From an uncultured Alphaproteobacteria bacterium (GTDB lineage Bacteria; Pseudomonadota; Alphaproteobacteria; UBA8366; GCA-2717185): a DNA stretch of 64,000 nt. The stretch is taken from positions 38,520 through 102,519 of the forward strand of contig CALSRA010000028.1 in NCBI GenBank assembly GCA_943788635.1. The letters are read 5' to 3'. Numbering within the stretch: the stretch's first letter is position 1; each line of letters begins with the position of its first letter. The notes below the pieces were generated by a model. The model saw nothing but the letters and a program-made list of their open reading frames with translations, was not told where the DNA came from and did not search any database. Made by a program: the position numbers and the translations under genes. Positions 51,090 to 61,784 of the stretch are shown here, piece by piece.

Positions 51090-51611
51090 TCATATCCGGT
51101 GTTCGTGGCCAGCGAAAGGCGCTGCATCCGAAATAGGGGCCGTAGCGCAGCCCGATATAGCCTTCGTCGATAACGGTCGGCGCTCCATCTGATGGGCCAG
51201 AGGGGACAGCGTTTTCTCTTCGGGAATTTCGAGGCCGTATTCGTTCTTGATCGCCTGGAGGAGTGTCCAGGCTTCCGGTGCATACAGGATTTCCTGGACG
51301 GCCCGGGACAATACTGGGATTGCGCTGGCTGCGGATTCAGCGTCGGCACGCCGGATCAGTTCCTTCGCATGCCACATACGGTAGGCCGTGAATTCCGGAT
51401 CGAGCGCTGCTGCTTTTTCGAAATGGCCGCTTTCACCGGATATGCGCCCATAATAGTAATGCAGGCTGGCCATGATCAGCGTTTTCAATTCGCCGCGCCT
51501 GTCCGATTGGTCGCGCAGTGCCTCGGTGACAATCTGCAGATAGGTTCGGTAGTTGAAGAAACCCTGGCAATAATCCCAGGTCATGATGTCGTCGAGAGGC
51601 TGGAGCGTCAA
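51090..51611 (-). CDS. hypothetical helical protein in the glycan operon
   Basis: The ORF is 173 aa and tightly packed (TGA-A-ATG to the next gene). Its TTG start overlaps the stop of the upstream gene, and the first ATG is 9 codons in. I did not recognise a family. Confidence 0.35.
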   Translation of the reverse strand: MTLQPLDDIMTWDYCQGFFNYRTYLQIVTEALRDQSDRRGELKTLIMASLHYYYGRISGESGHFEKAAALDPEFTAYRMWHAKELIRRADAESAASAIPVLSRAVQEILYAPEAWTLLQAIKNEYGLEIPEEKTLSPLAHQMERRPLSTKAISGCATAPISDAAPFAGHEHRI

Positions 51612-53227
51612 AACCTGGGGCCGGCATCGAGTGTCGATTTGACGACGTCCAGCGCCTGATTGATGTCTTCGCTGGTGCCAAAATGAAAGGCGGCGCGCGC
51701 AAAATTAAAGCGCAGCGCCAGCGACAGGGGAAAGCGTTCGAGTGCGGTTCTGTAAACCTCGAATGCCATGTCGCGGAGTGGTTCAAACGTTGTCGGTTTC
51801 GGCAGCAGTAACCGGTAAACGTATTCGAGCATCAATTCACGGGCGGGCTGGGATATCGATGCCAGTGTATGTTTTTCGTCCGGGGTGTGCTGCCATACCT
51901 CGATGCTTCTGCCGAGCATGTCCTGGAATGTTTTTTCACCGCCGGCCTGGTAGGGGCCCTTGTAAGCCACGATGCGCGATTGCACGGGCTGTGCCGCACA
52001 TGGTTTTCGCGCGCCCCGCGGTCGGGAAGCGAGGAATGCTATCATACGCAAATACTGCCGGGATGCGTATTGATGTTCGAATTCGCGGCGGACGATCGAC
52101 ATGCCCCGCTGCGCGCCTTCCGCGTATTTGTCGTAATCGGACAGGACGGTTTCGACGGCCTCCCTTAGACCGTCTTTTTCCAGCGAAAACGGGACAACGC
52201 CTTCATTGTCGCCGGTGAACAGGCGCTGACAGGATTCCTGCGGCGTCAACAATACCGTGCCCATGGCGAGGGCTTCGTATCCGCGCGATGGAATGGCGCC
52301 AAGATGGCGGGGCAGGGCAATGGCGATCTTGCTGCGTGCGAGCAGTGGATAATATTCGTAGATACTGAAGAAGCCATTGTAGAAAAACGGCTTCAGATTT
52401 CGGGTGCTCAGGACCTGCCGGACCATTTCCGTCTTGTCGGGATAATAGGTATGAAACAGCGATCCGGTGATGACCAGGTCGAGGTCCTTTTCGCCGTCAA
52501 TCGGGTCAGGCAGGACGGGCGCAAGCGAGACCGGTTTGCAAAATGTCGACACCGGAACATCGACGAGACCGGATACGTAGGCATATTCGGTCGTGTCGGT
52601 CACGACCATTTCGTCGAAAACCTGCAGCCACGGATACATTGTCTGGATATGTAGGTCGTAATCACCGGTATGTCCGATAATCGGGCAGGGTAATTCCTGG
52701 ATATTCGGGGGAATTACATGCCACTCCAGCATTTCGGACAGATAAAGGTCCGGCGGGTTGGCGGCATCGTAATAGTCATGGATGTCGGCATCCGGTTTGT
52801 TCGGCAGGTCGTCTGCGCCGAAACTGATATTGCGGATATGGAACTTGGGGTCATTTTCTGCGACGTGCAGGATGTTATGGGGGCCGGCGAGGGATCGCTT
52901 CCACGACAACTGGGACAGTATCGAAATCTGAGGTTTCAGGATCAGGCGCAGCAGATTATCGGCATGTTCACTGTCCAGCGGCGACAGTAACCGGATTGCG
53001 CTGATTTCATCGCCGTCGATCCAGTGGATGACGCCCTGATAAAACCGGGCTTCCTCATTGGTGAACTCCGGTAGTCTGGCCAGTGCCGGCCCGGCATGAC
53101 CGCACAGGCCCCGGGCGGCATGGGTACGCCAGTCACTGTCGGCGCCGATGGTCGCGACCTTGTGGTAGTCGCCCTTTTCGAAAATTTCGGGAATAGAGGG
53201 AAGAGGCATTACTGTCGAAACCCCCAT
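51608..53227 (-). CDS. large putative glycosyltransferase (GT-B/CgeB-like core) with a helical C-terminal extension
   Basis: The protein is 539 aa. The central ...LDLVITGSLFHTYYPDKTEMVRQVL... and ...ARSKIAIALPRHLGAIPSRGYEALAMGTVLLT... resemble the GT1/CgeB-type nucleotide-sugar-binding half. Confidence 0.45.
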   Translation of the reverse strand: MGVSTVMPLPSIPEIFEKGDYHKVATIGADSDWRTHAARGLCGHAGPALARLPEFTNEEARFYQGVIHWIDGDEISAIRLLSPLDSEHADNLLRLILKPQISILSQLSWKRSLAGPHNILHVAENDPKFHIRNISFGADDLPNKPDADIHDYYDAANPPDLYLSEMLEWHVIPPNIQELPCPIIGHTGDYDLHIQTMYPWLQVFDEMVVTDTTEYAYVSGLVDVPVSTFCKPVSLAPVLPDPIDGEKDLDLVITGSLFHTYYPDKTEMVRQVLSTRNLKPFFYNGFFSIYEYYPLLARSKIAIALPRHLGAIPSRGYEALAMGTVLLTPQESCQRLFTGDNEGVVPFSLEKDGLREAVETVLSDYDKYAEGAQRGMSIVRREFEHQYASRQYLRMIAFLASRPRGARKPCAAQPVQSRIVAYKGPYQAGGEKTFQDMLGRSIEVWQHTPDEKHTLASISQPARELMLEYVYRLLLPKPTTFEPLRDMAFEVYRTALERFPLSLALRFNFARAAFHFGTSEDINQALDVVKSTLDAGPRF

Positions 53228-53767
53228 CGTTTGCGTGTGGCTTTGCTGTATCGTGGAAGATTCTGCCGGGTTTGGGCGTATCTGATGCGAATCATGTCAG
53301 TGTTTGGCGACATTTGCGGACATTTTGAGGGAATGCAGCCATTGCGAAGTACAGCTGTATTCGAAACAGGAGCCGGGATATCGGGATGGATTTGCCCTGG
53401 CCTTGAATTCCGCAGCCTCGATGCGGGGCATCGAGTAATTCTCCCGCAAGTGTAAAAAGCCAGTTAAAGCACAGTACTGGGAATCTTGAACAACGGAACC
53501 ATTACTGTTTGGGAACATTTCGGGTTCGCGAAGAACACCAGAGCATATGATTTCAAGACTATCCTGCAACGGTCTGTCCTACTGTTCGGCTTTACTTCAC
53601 GATACGCATCTTTACCCTATATTTACTATATCCGTGCCACGATTCACGCTGTAAGGCAAAAGTACTAAGAAGAGCGTAACGGTTTGGAAAGACCCTAAGC
53701 GTCACATTGGTATTGGATTTGCAGGTGTCACGCGGCGCGACAAAGACAGGTGGTACAGAGGCCGGTC

Positions 53768-55820
53768 ATGAAAACGGTATATTTCAACGAGTATAACGTC
53801 CGGATGGGGAACGCGACTTACTTCCCCCTGGTGTCGGGTATTTTACGGGCGATGGTGGAATCGGTTCCGCGGTTGCGGGATGCGTATCACTTCAAACCCT
53901 TTATTTTCCATCTCGATTCGGCTGACAACGTGCTCGCCTGCTACGACGAAGCGCCGGACGTGGCCTGCTTCTCGGTGGCAATGTGGAACGAACAACTCAG
54001 CCTGCACATTGCGCGGACGCTGAAAGAACGCTGGCCAGAATGCCTGATCGTTTTTGGCGGGCCGCAACTGCCGCATTATCCGGAAGATTATTTCGCCGAA
54101 CATCCCTTTATCGATGTCGGGGTGCGTGCAGAAGGCGAGGAAGCCTTCCTGCAGTTGCTCGACCGCTTTACTGATTCGCGGGATTTCGCGGGGGTTCCGA
54201 ACGTTTCATACCGTGATCCAGAAACCGGTGCCTTCCGGCATAATACGGAAACGCCGGAATTTGACCGCGACATGCTGAAATACCCGTCGCCCTATCTGGC
54301 GGGCGTCTATGACTACATGTTCGAGGCGCATCTGGATATCGACTTTCAGGCCATCATCGAAACCAATCGCGGGTGCCCGTTCCTGTGCACCTTCTGCTAG
54401 TGGGGCCGGGGCGGGAACAGTCGCCGCTATCGCTACCATTCAATGGAACGGCTGGCAGCGGAAATCGACTGGTTCGGACGAAACAATATCCGCTTTGTGT
54501 TCAATGCGGATTCCAATTTCGGCATGCATCGCCGTGATCCGGAAATTGCCGGTTTGATTGTGGAAGCCAAGAAAAAATACGGCTTCCCGGAAAAATTCCG
54601 GACGTGCTGGGGCAAGAATACGGACGAGAATATCTTTCGGATTGCCGGCATGTTGCATGAGCATGACCTTGAAAAGGGCATCACGCTGGCGCGACAGAGC
54701 CAGAGCAAGGAAGTGCTCGGCAATATCAAGCGCGGCAATATCAAGCTGGATACCTATTCCAGCCTGCAACGGCGCTTCAACGACCTCGACGTGCCGGTTT
54801 ATACCGAGATGATCCTGGGCCTGCCGGGTGAAAGCTATGAAAGCTGGAGCGGCGGGATCGAGGAGATGCTGCAATCGGGGCTGAAGAATCAGCTGTTCGT
54901 CTATCAATGCGAAGTCTATCCGAACACGGAATTGCATGAGGCCGAGTACCGCGAGAAATTTGGTATCAAGCTGCAGCGGCTCGAACTGCGTGAAATCCAC
55001 GGCAGCGTTCGCGATGAATCCTGGGTGCCCGAATACAACGACATCATTGTCGAAACCAACGCCATGTCGAACCATGACTGGCGGCGGATGAGCAAGCTGT
55101 CGATGGTGACCATGCTGTTGCACAGCATGAAGCTTGGTTTCTATGTCATGCGGCACATGGCGTATCGATACAGCACGGGGTATGTGCCGTTCATCGAATT
55201 CTGCAGTGACCTGCTGATGGCGGAAGGCACCGGCGGACATTTCCGGCGTGAGGTAGCGGTCTTTGACAAATACCTGGACGGGATGATGGCCGGTGAGGGG
55301 CGTGGCGTTGTCATGCCGGACCATGGCGTCATCTACTGGGATAGTGAGGAAGCGGCATTCCTGCGCGTCGCCGAAGACCTTGACGGGTTCTATGCGGAAT
55401 TGCGGGATGTGGTCTGTCAGTTCCTCGATCAGAATGATATCGACTATGCGCCGGATGAAATTGCCGAAGTTGTGCGCTATCAGCGGATGTGCATGCCGCA
55501 GCCGACCCTGCCGAAGCAGACGGAATGGACCTATCAGTACAATCTGCCGGAATATTTCCATCGTTCGTTTGGGACAGATCCCGTCGGCGTGTCTCGCGAT
55601 ACGCAGGTTGTGAGCGTGCGACCCGATAGATTTCGCAGGTGACCGCGCTGATTTCGCGAAGCGGACAATCTTGTGGGGTCGAAAAAGCGGGGCTCTACTG
55701 GTGAAATGCCGTTGGGAATCAGCCGACCGTCCCTGGGTGAATTCCGAAACGCATTACGGTCTTGCAGAAGAATCCGGGCTGGCGGCATTGCCGCGCGCGG
55801 CAAATCTCGGCGGCGAATAA
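53768..55820 (+). pseudogene. B12-binding-domain radical SAM enzyme (class B, probable C-methyltransferase); in-frame TAG and +1 frameshift
   Basis: An N-terminal B12-binding-like domain is followed by ...IIETNRGCPFLCTFC, then TAG (54398-54400), then WG... in the same frame, so the CxxxCxxC cluster is intact. Near the 3' end the frame stops at 55640-55642, but the +1 frame continues GDRADFAKRTILWGRKSGALL... to 55820. The slip is at GG 55638-55639. Confidence 0.7.
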
Positions 55821-55885
55821 GGCGTGCACGCGCAGACGAAGCGTATGGGCGTACCCAGGTTATTAACCATAAAACTGCAGGCGGC

Positions 55886-56851
55886 ATGACACGTAAAAAC
55901 GATATCGATACGGCGACAGGCGAGCGGCTGTATCGAATGCTTCGATTGATCCGGCGGGTCGAGGAAGAAGTCGGACGGATATATCCGAGCGACAGAATCA
56001 AGAGCCCGGTCCATCTTTCCATTGGCCAGGAATCCGTTGCCGTCGGCGTATGTGATCCGCTGCGCCCGGATGACGTTGTCTCCGCAACCTACCGAAGCCA
56101 TGCGGGCTATCTTGCAAAAGGTGGTGACCTGCGCGCGATGTTCGCCGAGCTGTATGGCAAGGCAACGGGCAACGCGGGCGGCAAGGCCGGCTCGATGCAT
56201 CTTGTCGATATGGCACATAATGTTCTGGGGTCGTCGGCCGTTGTCGGTACGACCGTACCTATTGCGCTTGGGTATGCTTTCGCGATCAAACAGCGAAAGG
56301 AGGACCGGGTGGTTGTGGCGTTCTTTGGCGATGGCGCGACCGAGGAAGGCGTGTTTCACGAGAGTCTGAATTTTGCGTCGTTGAAGAAACTGCCGGTTCT
56401 GTTCGTCTGCGAAAATAACCACTTTGCTATTCACCAGCCGCTGAACAAACGCTGGGCGACGGATCAAATCTGCGCACGGGTTGAAACCTACGGCATTCCG
56501 GCCGAACGCATCACCGACGCCAATACGGAAACGATCCGCGATTGCACGCAGGAAGCGCTCGCCAATATCCGGTCCGGTCAAGGCCCGGCCTTCCTGGAAT
56601 GCCTGACCTGGCGCTGGCGCGAACATGTCGGTCCGGGCGAGGATTATGACGCCGGGTTCCGTGACCGCAGCGCACTGGAAGCCTGGCAGGAAAAGGACGA
56701 GGTGGAACGTATGGGCGCGGCGCTTGATGGTGCGAGCCGTTCACGGATCGATGCCGAAATCGAAGCTGAGATCGCGGATGCCATCGAATTTGCGGAACGC
56801 AGCCCGTTCCCGGAAGGCAAGGAGCTGTATGCGCATGTCTACGCCGAGTGA
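55886..56851 (+). CDS. TPP-dependent dehydrogenase E1 alpha-like subunit
   Basis: The start is MTRKNDIDTATGERLYRMLRLIRRVEEEV. It contains ...HLSIGQESVAVGV..., ...FFGDGATEEGVFHESLNFASLKKLPVLFVCENN... and is 321 aa. Confidence 0.8.
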   Translation: MTRKNDIDTATGERLYRMLRLIRRVEEEVGRIYPSDRIKSPVHLSIGQESVAVGVCDPLRPDDVVSATYRSHAGYLAKGGDLRAMFAELYGKATGNAGGKAGSMHLVDMAHNVLGSSAVVGTTVPIALGYAFAIKQRKEDRVVVAFFGDGATEEGVFHESLNFASLKKLPVLFVCENNHFAIHQPLNKRWATDQICARVETYGIPAERITDANTETIRDCTQEALANIRSGQGPAFLECLTWRWREHVGPGEDYDAGFRDRSALEAWQEKDEVERMGAALDGASRSRIDAEIEAEIADAIEFAERSPFPEGKELYAHVYAE

Positions 56852-57899
56852 ATCGGGCCGTCTACTGACTTATGTCGATGCCCTGTGCGAAGGGCAGGCG
56901 ATGGAAATGCGCCGTGATGACGAGGTGTTCGTCTTCGGCCTCGACGTGGATGATCACAAGGCCATTCAGGGGTCGACCCGTGGGTTGCTGGATGAATTCG
57001 GACCCGAACGTGTCTTCACCACACCGCTGAGCGAGGACGCCATGACCGGCGTTGCGATCGGCGCGGCCATGGCGGGGATGCGGCCGGTGCATGTGCATAT
57101 TCGCATGGACTTCCTGATGCTGTGCATGAACCAGCTCGTTAACATGGCGGCCAAAAGCCATTACATGTATGGCGGTCAGGTCTCCGTGCCGATGGTCGTG
57201 CGCTGCATGATCGGCAAGTCCTGGGGGTAGGGGGCGCAACACAGTCAGGGGCTGCATTCGATGTTGATGCATGTCCCTGGGCTGAAAGTGGTGGCGCCGT
57301 CGAATGCCTATGACGCCAAGGGCCTGCTGGCCACGGCCATTCGCGACAACAACCCCGTGATCTTTGTCGAACATCGGTTGCTGTATTTCACTGAGGCCTA
57401 TGTGCCCGAGGAAAATTATGCGGTGCCGTTCGGCGTGGCCCGAATCGTCCGCAAGGGGGATGCGCTGACCATTGTCGGGGTCTCCAACATGCTGGTCGAA
57501 TGCTTGCGTGCGGCGGAACTGCTGGCGGAAGTCGGGATCGAAGCGGAAGTGATCGATCCGGTATCGCTGGTGCCACTGGATATCGAAACGATCACCCGGT
57601 CAGCCGCACGTACGGGCAAGTTGCTGGTCGTTGACAATGCCTGGACCAATTGTGGCGCCAGCGCGGAAATCATCGCCGGTGTTGTGGAACGTACCGACCG
57701 TCCGGTGATGGCACGCCGCATGGGCTATGCGCCCGTGACCTGCCCGACCACGCCGGTGCTGGAAGACGACTATTATCCGAACCCGGTGACCATTGCGACC
57801 GCTGTTCATACGATGGTGCGCCCGGATCAACCCGTCTGGGAGCCCGATCCGGAACATGCGAAACTTGCCTATCAGGCCCAGTTCAGGGGACCGTTCTAG
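56829..57899 (+). pseudogene. TPP-dependent dehydrogenase E1 beta-like subunit, in-frame TAG
   Basis: ...LTYVDALCEGQAMEMRRDDEVFVFGLDV...CMIGKSWG is followed by TAG (57228-57230) and then GAQHSQGLHSMLMHVPGLKVVAPS... in the same frame. This family typically has a sense codon there (often Gln). Confidence 0.78.
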
Positions 57900-57902
57900 A
57901 CA

Positions 57903-59072
57903 ATGTTTTATGAACTGGCGGTATCAAACTGGGGCGATGAAGAAAAGGCCGCGATAGCCGGCTGTGTCGAGGAAGACCGTTTTACCATGGGGCCCAAGGT
58001 GGCGGCGTTTGAGCAGGCCTTCGCCGATTATCTGGGCTGTCGCCACGGTGTGATGGTGAATTCCGGCTCGTCGGCCAACCTGGTCGCCGTCGCCAGTCTG
58101 TTCTTCAAGAAAGATAACCCGTTGAAGCCCGGTGACGAGGTGATTGTTCCGGCCCTGTCCTGGAGCACCAGCTACCACCCGCTGCAACAATACGGGCTGA
58201 AGCTGAAGTTCGTGGATATCGAGCTCGATACGCTGAACGCGGATTGTTCCCAGCTTGAAGCGGCGATGAGTGACCGGACACGGATGATCATGGCGGTGAG
58301 TATCCTTGGCAATCCGGCGGCGCTGGACGTGATGCGTGATTTCGCCGATGCGAAGGGGCTTTACTTCCTGGAAGACAATTGTGAATCGCTGGACGCGGAA
58401 CTGAATGGCCGCAAAGCCGGAAGCTTCGGTGATATGGGGACGCACAGTTTTTTCTTTTCGCATCATATCGCGACGATGGAAGGGGGGATGGTCGTTACCG
58501 ACAACACCGAACTGTTCCATCTGATGCGCAGCCTGCGCGCGCATGGCTGGACCCGCGATCTTCCGCGCGACAGCGACGTCTTCGAAGCGCGGGATGACGA
58601 TTTTTTCGAGGCCTATCGGTTTATCCTGCCGGGATACAATGTGCGGCCGATGGAAATGTCGGGCGCGATCGGTATCGAACAGTTGAAAAAACTGCCGGCG
58701 ATGACGCTGGTGCGGCGGGCCAACCTGAAGCTGTTTCAAGACCTGTTTGGCGGTGACGAGCGCTTTATCATCCAGCGCGAAAACGGCAAGAGTTCAAGTT
58801 TCTGTTTTCCGATTATCCTCAATCCGGCATGCAACATCGATCGCACTGCCGTATTCGCCGCATTGCAGAAGGCGGATATCGGCTACCGGATTATCACGGG
58901 TGGCTGCTTCCCGCGGCATGATGCGATCCGCCATTTCGATTTTGAGATCACGGACGGTATCGACCGGGCGAATATCGCGCATGATTGCGGGTTCTTCGTC
59001 GACAATCATCCTTTCGATTTAACTCCGCAGATCGAGCGGGTTCATGCCGTTCTCGACAAGGTTTGCAAATAG
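57903..59072 (+). CDS. ColD/RfbH(E1)-type PLP/PMP-dependent nucleotide-sugar 3-dehydratase (DegT family with His replacing the Schiff-base Lys)
   Basis: The protein is 389 aa. It has ...MVNSGSSANLVAV... and the motif SFFFSHHIATMEGGMV. Aminotransferases of this fold have Lys at the position where this protein has HH, as in GDP-4-keto-6-deoxymannose 3-dehydratase. Confidence 0.65.
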   Translation: MFYELAVSNWGDEEKAAIAGCVEEDRFTMGPKVAAFEQAFADYLGCRHGVMVNSGSSANLVAVASLFFKKDNPLKPGDEVIVPALSWSTSYHPLQQYGLKLKFVDIELDTLNADCSQLEAAMSDRTRMIMAVSILGNPAALDVMRDFADAKGLYFLEDNCESLDAELNGRKAGSFGDMGTHSFFFSHHIATMEGGMVVTDNTELFHLMRSLRAHGWTRDLPRDSDVFEARDDDFFEAYRFILPGYNVRPMEMSGAIGIEQLKKLPAMTLVRRANLKLFQDLFGGDERFIIQRENGKSSSFCFPIILNPACNIDRTAVFAALQKADIGYRIITGGCFPRHDAIRHFDFEITDGIDRANIAHDCGFFVDNHPFDLTPQIERVHAVLDKVCK

Positions 59073-59080
59073 GAACTGTC

Positions 59081-60025
59081 ATGAGCGAAAAGCCTTCCAT
59101 TCTTGTCACCGGTGGCGCCGGGTATCTTGGTTCAACGCTTGTACCAATGCTGCTGGCGGAAGGGCATAGGGTGACCGTGCTGGACAGTTTCATGTTCCAG
59201 CAGGCGTCGCTGAATCATATCTGCGCCGACCCGAATCTTGATATCCAGCGGGGCGACACGCGTGATGAACGGGCCGTGCTGCCGCTGCTGGAAAAACATG
59301 ACATCGTGATTCCGCTTGCCGCACTGGTCGGTGCGCCGCTCTGCGCGCGTGATGCCGTCGGGGCGGAGACGATTAACCGGGATGCGATCCGGATGCTGGC
59401 TGACAAGATGTCCCGTGATCAATGGATGCTGACCCCGATCACCAACAGCGGCTATGGCGTCGGGGAGGCAGGCAAGTTCTGTACCGAGGAAACGCCGATG
59501 CGGCCTATCTCACTGTATGGCCGGACCAAGGTCGAAGCCGAAATCGCCGCGCTTGGCCGGGAGAACGCGATCAATTTCCGCCTGGCCACCGTCTTCGGTA
59601 TGTCGCCGCGTATGCGGTTGGACCTGCTGGTCAATGACTTTGTCTATCGCGCAGTGAACGATCGCACGATTGTTCTGTTTGAGGCACATTTCAAACGCAA
59701 CTTCATCCATGTTCGGGATGTGGCGCGCGCTTTCCTGCATGGCATTTCGAATTTCGAGAGCATGAAGGGTGAGCCCTATAATGTGGGCCTGTCGGATGCC
59801 AACCTGTCCAAGGCCGAACTCTGTTCGGTCATCCGCCAGCATCTGCCGAACTTCATGCCGCTGGAGGCGGAAGTAGGCGAGGACCCGGACAAGCGGGACT
59901 ATATTGTTTCCATCGAGAAAGTGGAAGCGACGGGGTTCAAGCCCGCGTATTCGCTGGACGACGGTATTCGCGAATTGATCAAGGGCTACAGGATGATCAA
60001 CGACAGCCGCTACAGCAATGTCTGA
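59081..60025 (+). CDS. extended SDR (NAD-dependent epimerase/dehydratase/reductase family)
   Basis: It has MSEKPSILVTGGAGYLGS and the catalytic YGRTK, and is 314 aa. Its 3' end overlaps the next gene by 8 bp. Confidence 0.75.
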   Translation: MSEKPSILVTGGAGYLGSTLVPMLLAEGHRVTVLDSFMFQQASLNHICADPNLDIQRGDTRDERAVLPLLEKHDIVIPLAALVGAPLCARDAVGAETINRDAIRMLADKMSRDQWMLTPITNSGYGVGEAGKFCTEETPMRPISLYGRTKVEAEIAALGRENAINFRLATVFGMSPRMRLDLLVNDFVYRAVNDRTIVLFEAHFKRNFIHVRDVARAFLHGISNFESMKGEPYNVGLSDANLSKAELCSVIRQHLPNFMPLEAEVGEDPDKRDYIVSIEKVEATGFKPAYSLDDGIRELIKGYRMINDSRYSNV

Positions 60026-60768
60026 CGGATTGGCGGATATCGATGTGGTTGTCCTCGCGGGCGGATTGGGGACCCGGTTGGCCGGGGTACTGGAAGGTAC
60101 TCCGAAGGTTCTGGCGCCGATTGACGGCCAACCCTATATCGCCTTCCTGCTTGGCTGGTTGCGACGGTTCGGCGTCCGGCGGGTGATCTTCTGCCTGGGG
60201 CATCTGGCGGAACAGGTCGAAGACTGGCTGACGGAACACCCCATAAAAGGCATGAGTGTCGAAACCGTCCGCGAGCCGGCACCGGCGGGCACGGCCGGTG
60301 CCTTGCGCTACGCCATGGCGAAAATTGAAAGTGACCCGGTCATGGTTATGAATGGCGATTCCTTTATCGACGGCGATCTGTCCGGTTTTGCCGGGGATTT
60401 TTTATCGACGGAGGCTGCTGCCTCTGTGATGTGTGTCGAGGTTCCGGACTGCGCCCGGTTCGGCCGCATCCAGTTGACCCCGGAGGGCAGTATCGAAAAG
60501 TTTGCCGAGAAGGACCCGGCGATGGCTGGGCCGGGGTTGATCAATGCCGGGGTCTATCTGTTCAGTCGCCGGTTTCTGGAATCGGAAACCGTTAGTCGTG
60601 CAACGTCGCTGGAACGCGACGTGTTTGCCGCCGCTGCGCCCGGAACGATCCATTGCTTCCCGGAAAAAGGGACGTTTCATGATATTGGAACGCCGCAAAG
60701 CTTAGGCGGCTGCGGCGGCCATTCTGGCGCCCTATCGGGACAGCGCCAGCGGAGGGCCCGCGTTATGA
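60018..60768 (+). pseudogene. hddC: sugar-1-phosphate nucleotidylyltransferase (HddC-like), +1 frameshift near the 3' end
   Basis: The N-terminus is VVLAGGLGTRLAGVLEGTPKVLAPIDG.... After ...FHDIGTPQSL the +1 frame gives AAAAAILAPYRDSASGGPAL*, ending in a TGA that overlaps the next ATG (ATGA at 60765). The slip is at GG 60705-60706. As sequenced, the frame instead runs into hddA. Confidence 0.65.
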
Positions 60769-61771
60769 TCATTTGCCGCACGCCGTTTCGGGTATCGCTG
60801 TTTGGGGGCGGCACCGATTTTCCCGCCTGGTACCTCAGCCATGGCGGATCGGTGCTTGGCACCCACCATCAACAAGTATTGCTATCTGACCGTACGGTCC
60901 TTGCCGCCGTTCTTTGAACACCGGCACCGTGTCGTTTATTCCCGCATCGAACTGGTGAAGGAAATCAGCGAAATACAGCATCCGTCCGTGCGGGCGGCGA
61001 TGGGCGAGATGGGCATGGAGCACGGGCTTGAAATTCACCATGACGGCGATTTGCCAGCCCGGTCGGGTCTAGGTTCCAGTTCGTCCTTTACGGTTGGGTT
61101 GCTGAACGTGTTGCATGCGTTTCGCGGCGAAATGGTTTCCGCCAAGGAACTGGCCCGCGAGGCGATCCGAATTGAGCAGGAAGTGATCGGCGAAGCGGTT
61201 GGCTCACAGGATCAGGTCTGGGCTGCCTATGGCGGGTTGAACCGGATCAATTTTTCGCAGGGACGGCTCATTCGATGTGCAGCCGGTGGTCATCGACCCG
61301 GAACGCCGGGAATTGCTGAACGACCATATCATGCTGTTCTTCACCGGGTTTTCCCGAATTGCGGCAAATGTGGAAAAAGAAAAAATTGCCAATGTCGACA
61401 GCCGCAAGACCCAGCTTCGCGCGCTGGGCGCGATGGTCGATGAGGGCATCCAGATACTGCAGAACCGGAATAGCGATATCACGGAAATCGGCGAACTGCT
61501 CAATGAAGCGTGGCGCCTGAAGAAGGAAATGTCGGACAAAGTGTCCACCAGCGCCATCGACGACATCTACGATGCGGCGTTAGACGCGGGTGCACTCGGC
61601 GGCAAACTGCTGGGTGCCGGGGGCGGGGGCTTCCTTTTGTTGTTCGTCGCGCCGGAGAACCAGCCGGCGGTGCGCGAGCGGCTCACGAACCTGACCCACG
61701 TATCGGTAGAGATCGGCAGTCCCGGCAGCCGCATCGTCGTGTACGAGCCGGATGGAACGGGAACGCACTGA
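60765..61771 (+). pseudogene. hddA: GHMP-family sugar kinase (D-glycero-D-manno-heptose 7-phosphate kinase HddA-like), two +1 frameshifts
   Basis: MIICRTPFRVSLFGGGTDFPAWYLSHGGSVLGT joins TINKYCYLTVRSLPPFFEHRHRVVYS...GDLPARSGLGSSSSFTVGLL...INFSQ, which joins DGSFDVQPVVIDPE...GGKLLGAGGGGFLLLF.... The slips are at CCC 60862-60864 and GGG 61260-61262. Confidence 0.7.
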
Positions 61772-61784
61772 GGGACGGGACAGC

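Noticed and set aside
51604-51615. I considered whether the junction between the 539-aa and 173-aa ORFs on the minus strand is a -1 frameshift in a single larger gene.
   Set aside because: The downstream frame is offset by -1, not +1, unlike every other case. The sequence TTTTGA allows a TTG start overlapping the TGA stop, which is typical translational coupling. I cannot show homology continuity across the junction, so I kept them as two genes.
53228-53767. I looked for a cobalamin riboswitch or other leader RNA in the 540-bp spacer upstream of the B12-dependent radical SAM gene.
   Set aside because: I could not find a B12-box-like core or a convincing conserved helix arrangement by eye. 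The tracked ORFs here (53297..53569 minus, 53096..53455 plus) have no protein-like features. A covariance-model scan (Rfam) would be needed, and there is no positive evidence from reading.
28631-57230. I considered whether the three in-frame TAG codons (kinase, radical SAM, E1beta) reflect amber reassignment, suppression or pyrrolysine-type recoding.
   Set aside because: TAG is used as an ordinary terminator by intact genes in the same window (fliX at 12430-12432, the motE-like gene at 19482-19484, E1beta at 57897-57899, hisI). No pyl-type genes or recoding signals are visible. Simple CAG->TAG nonsense mutation or base-call error is the more economical explanation.
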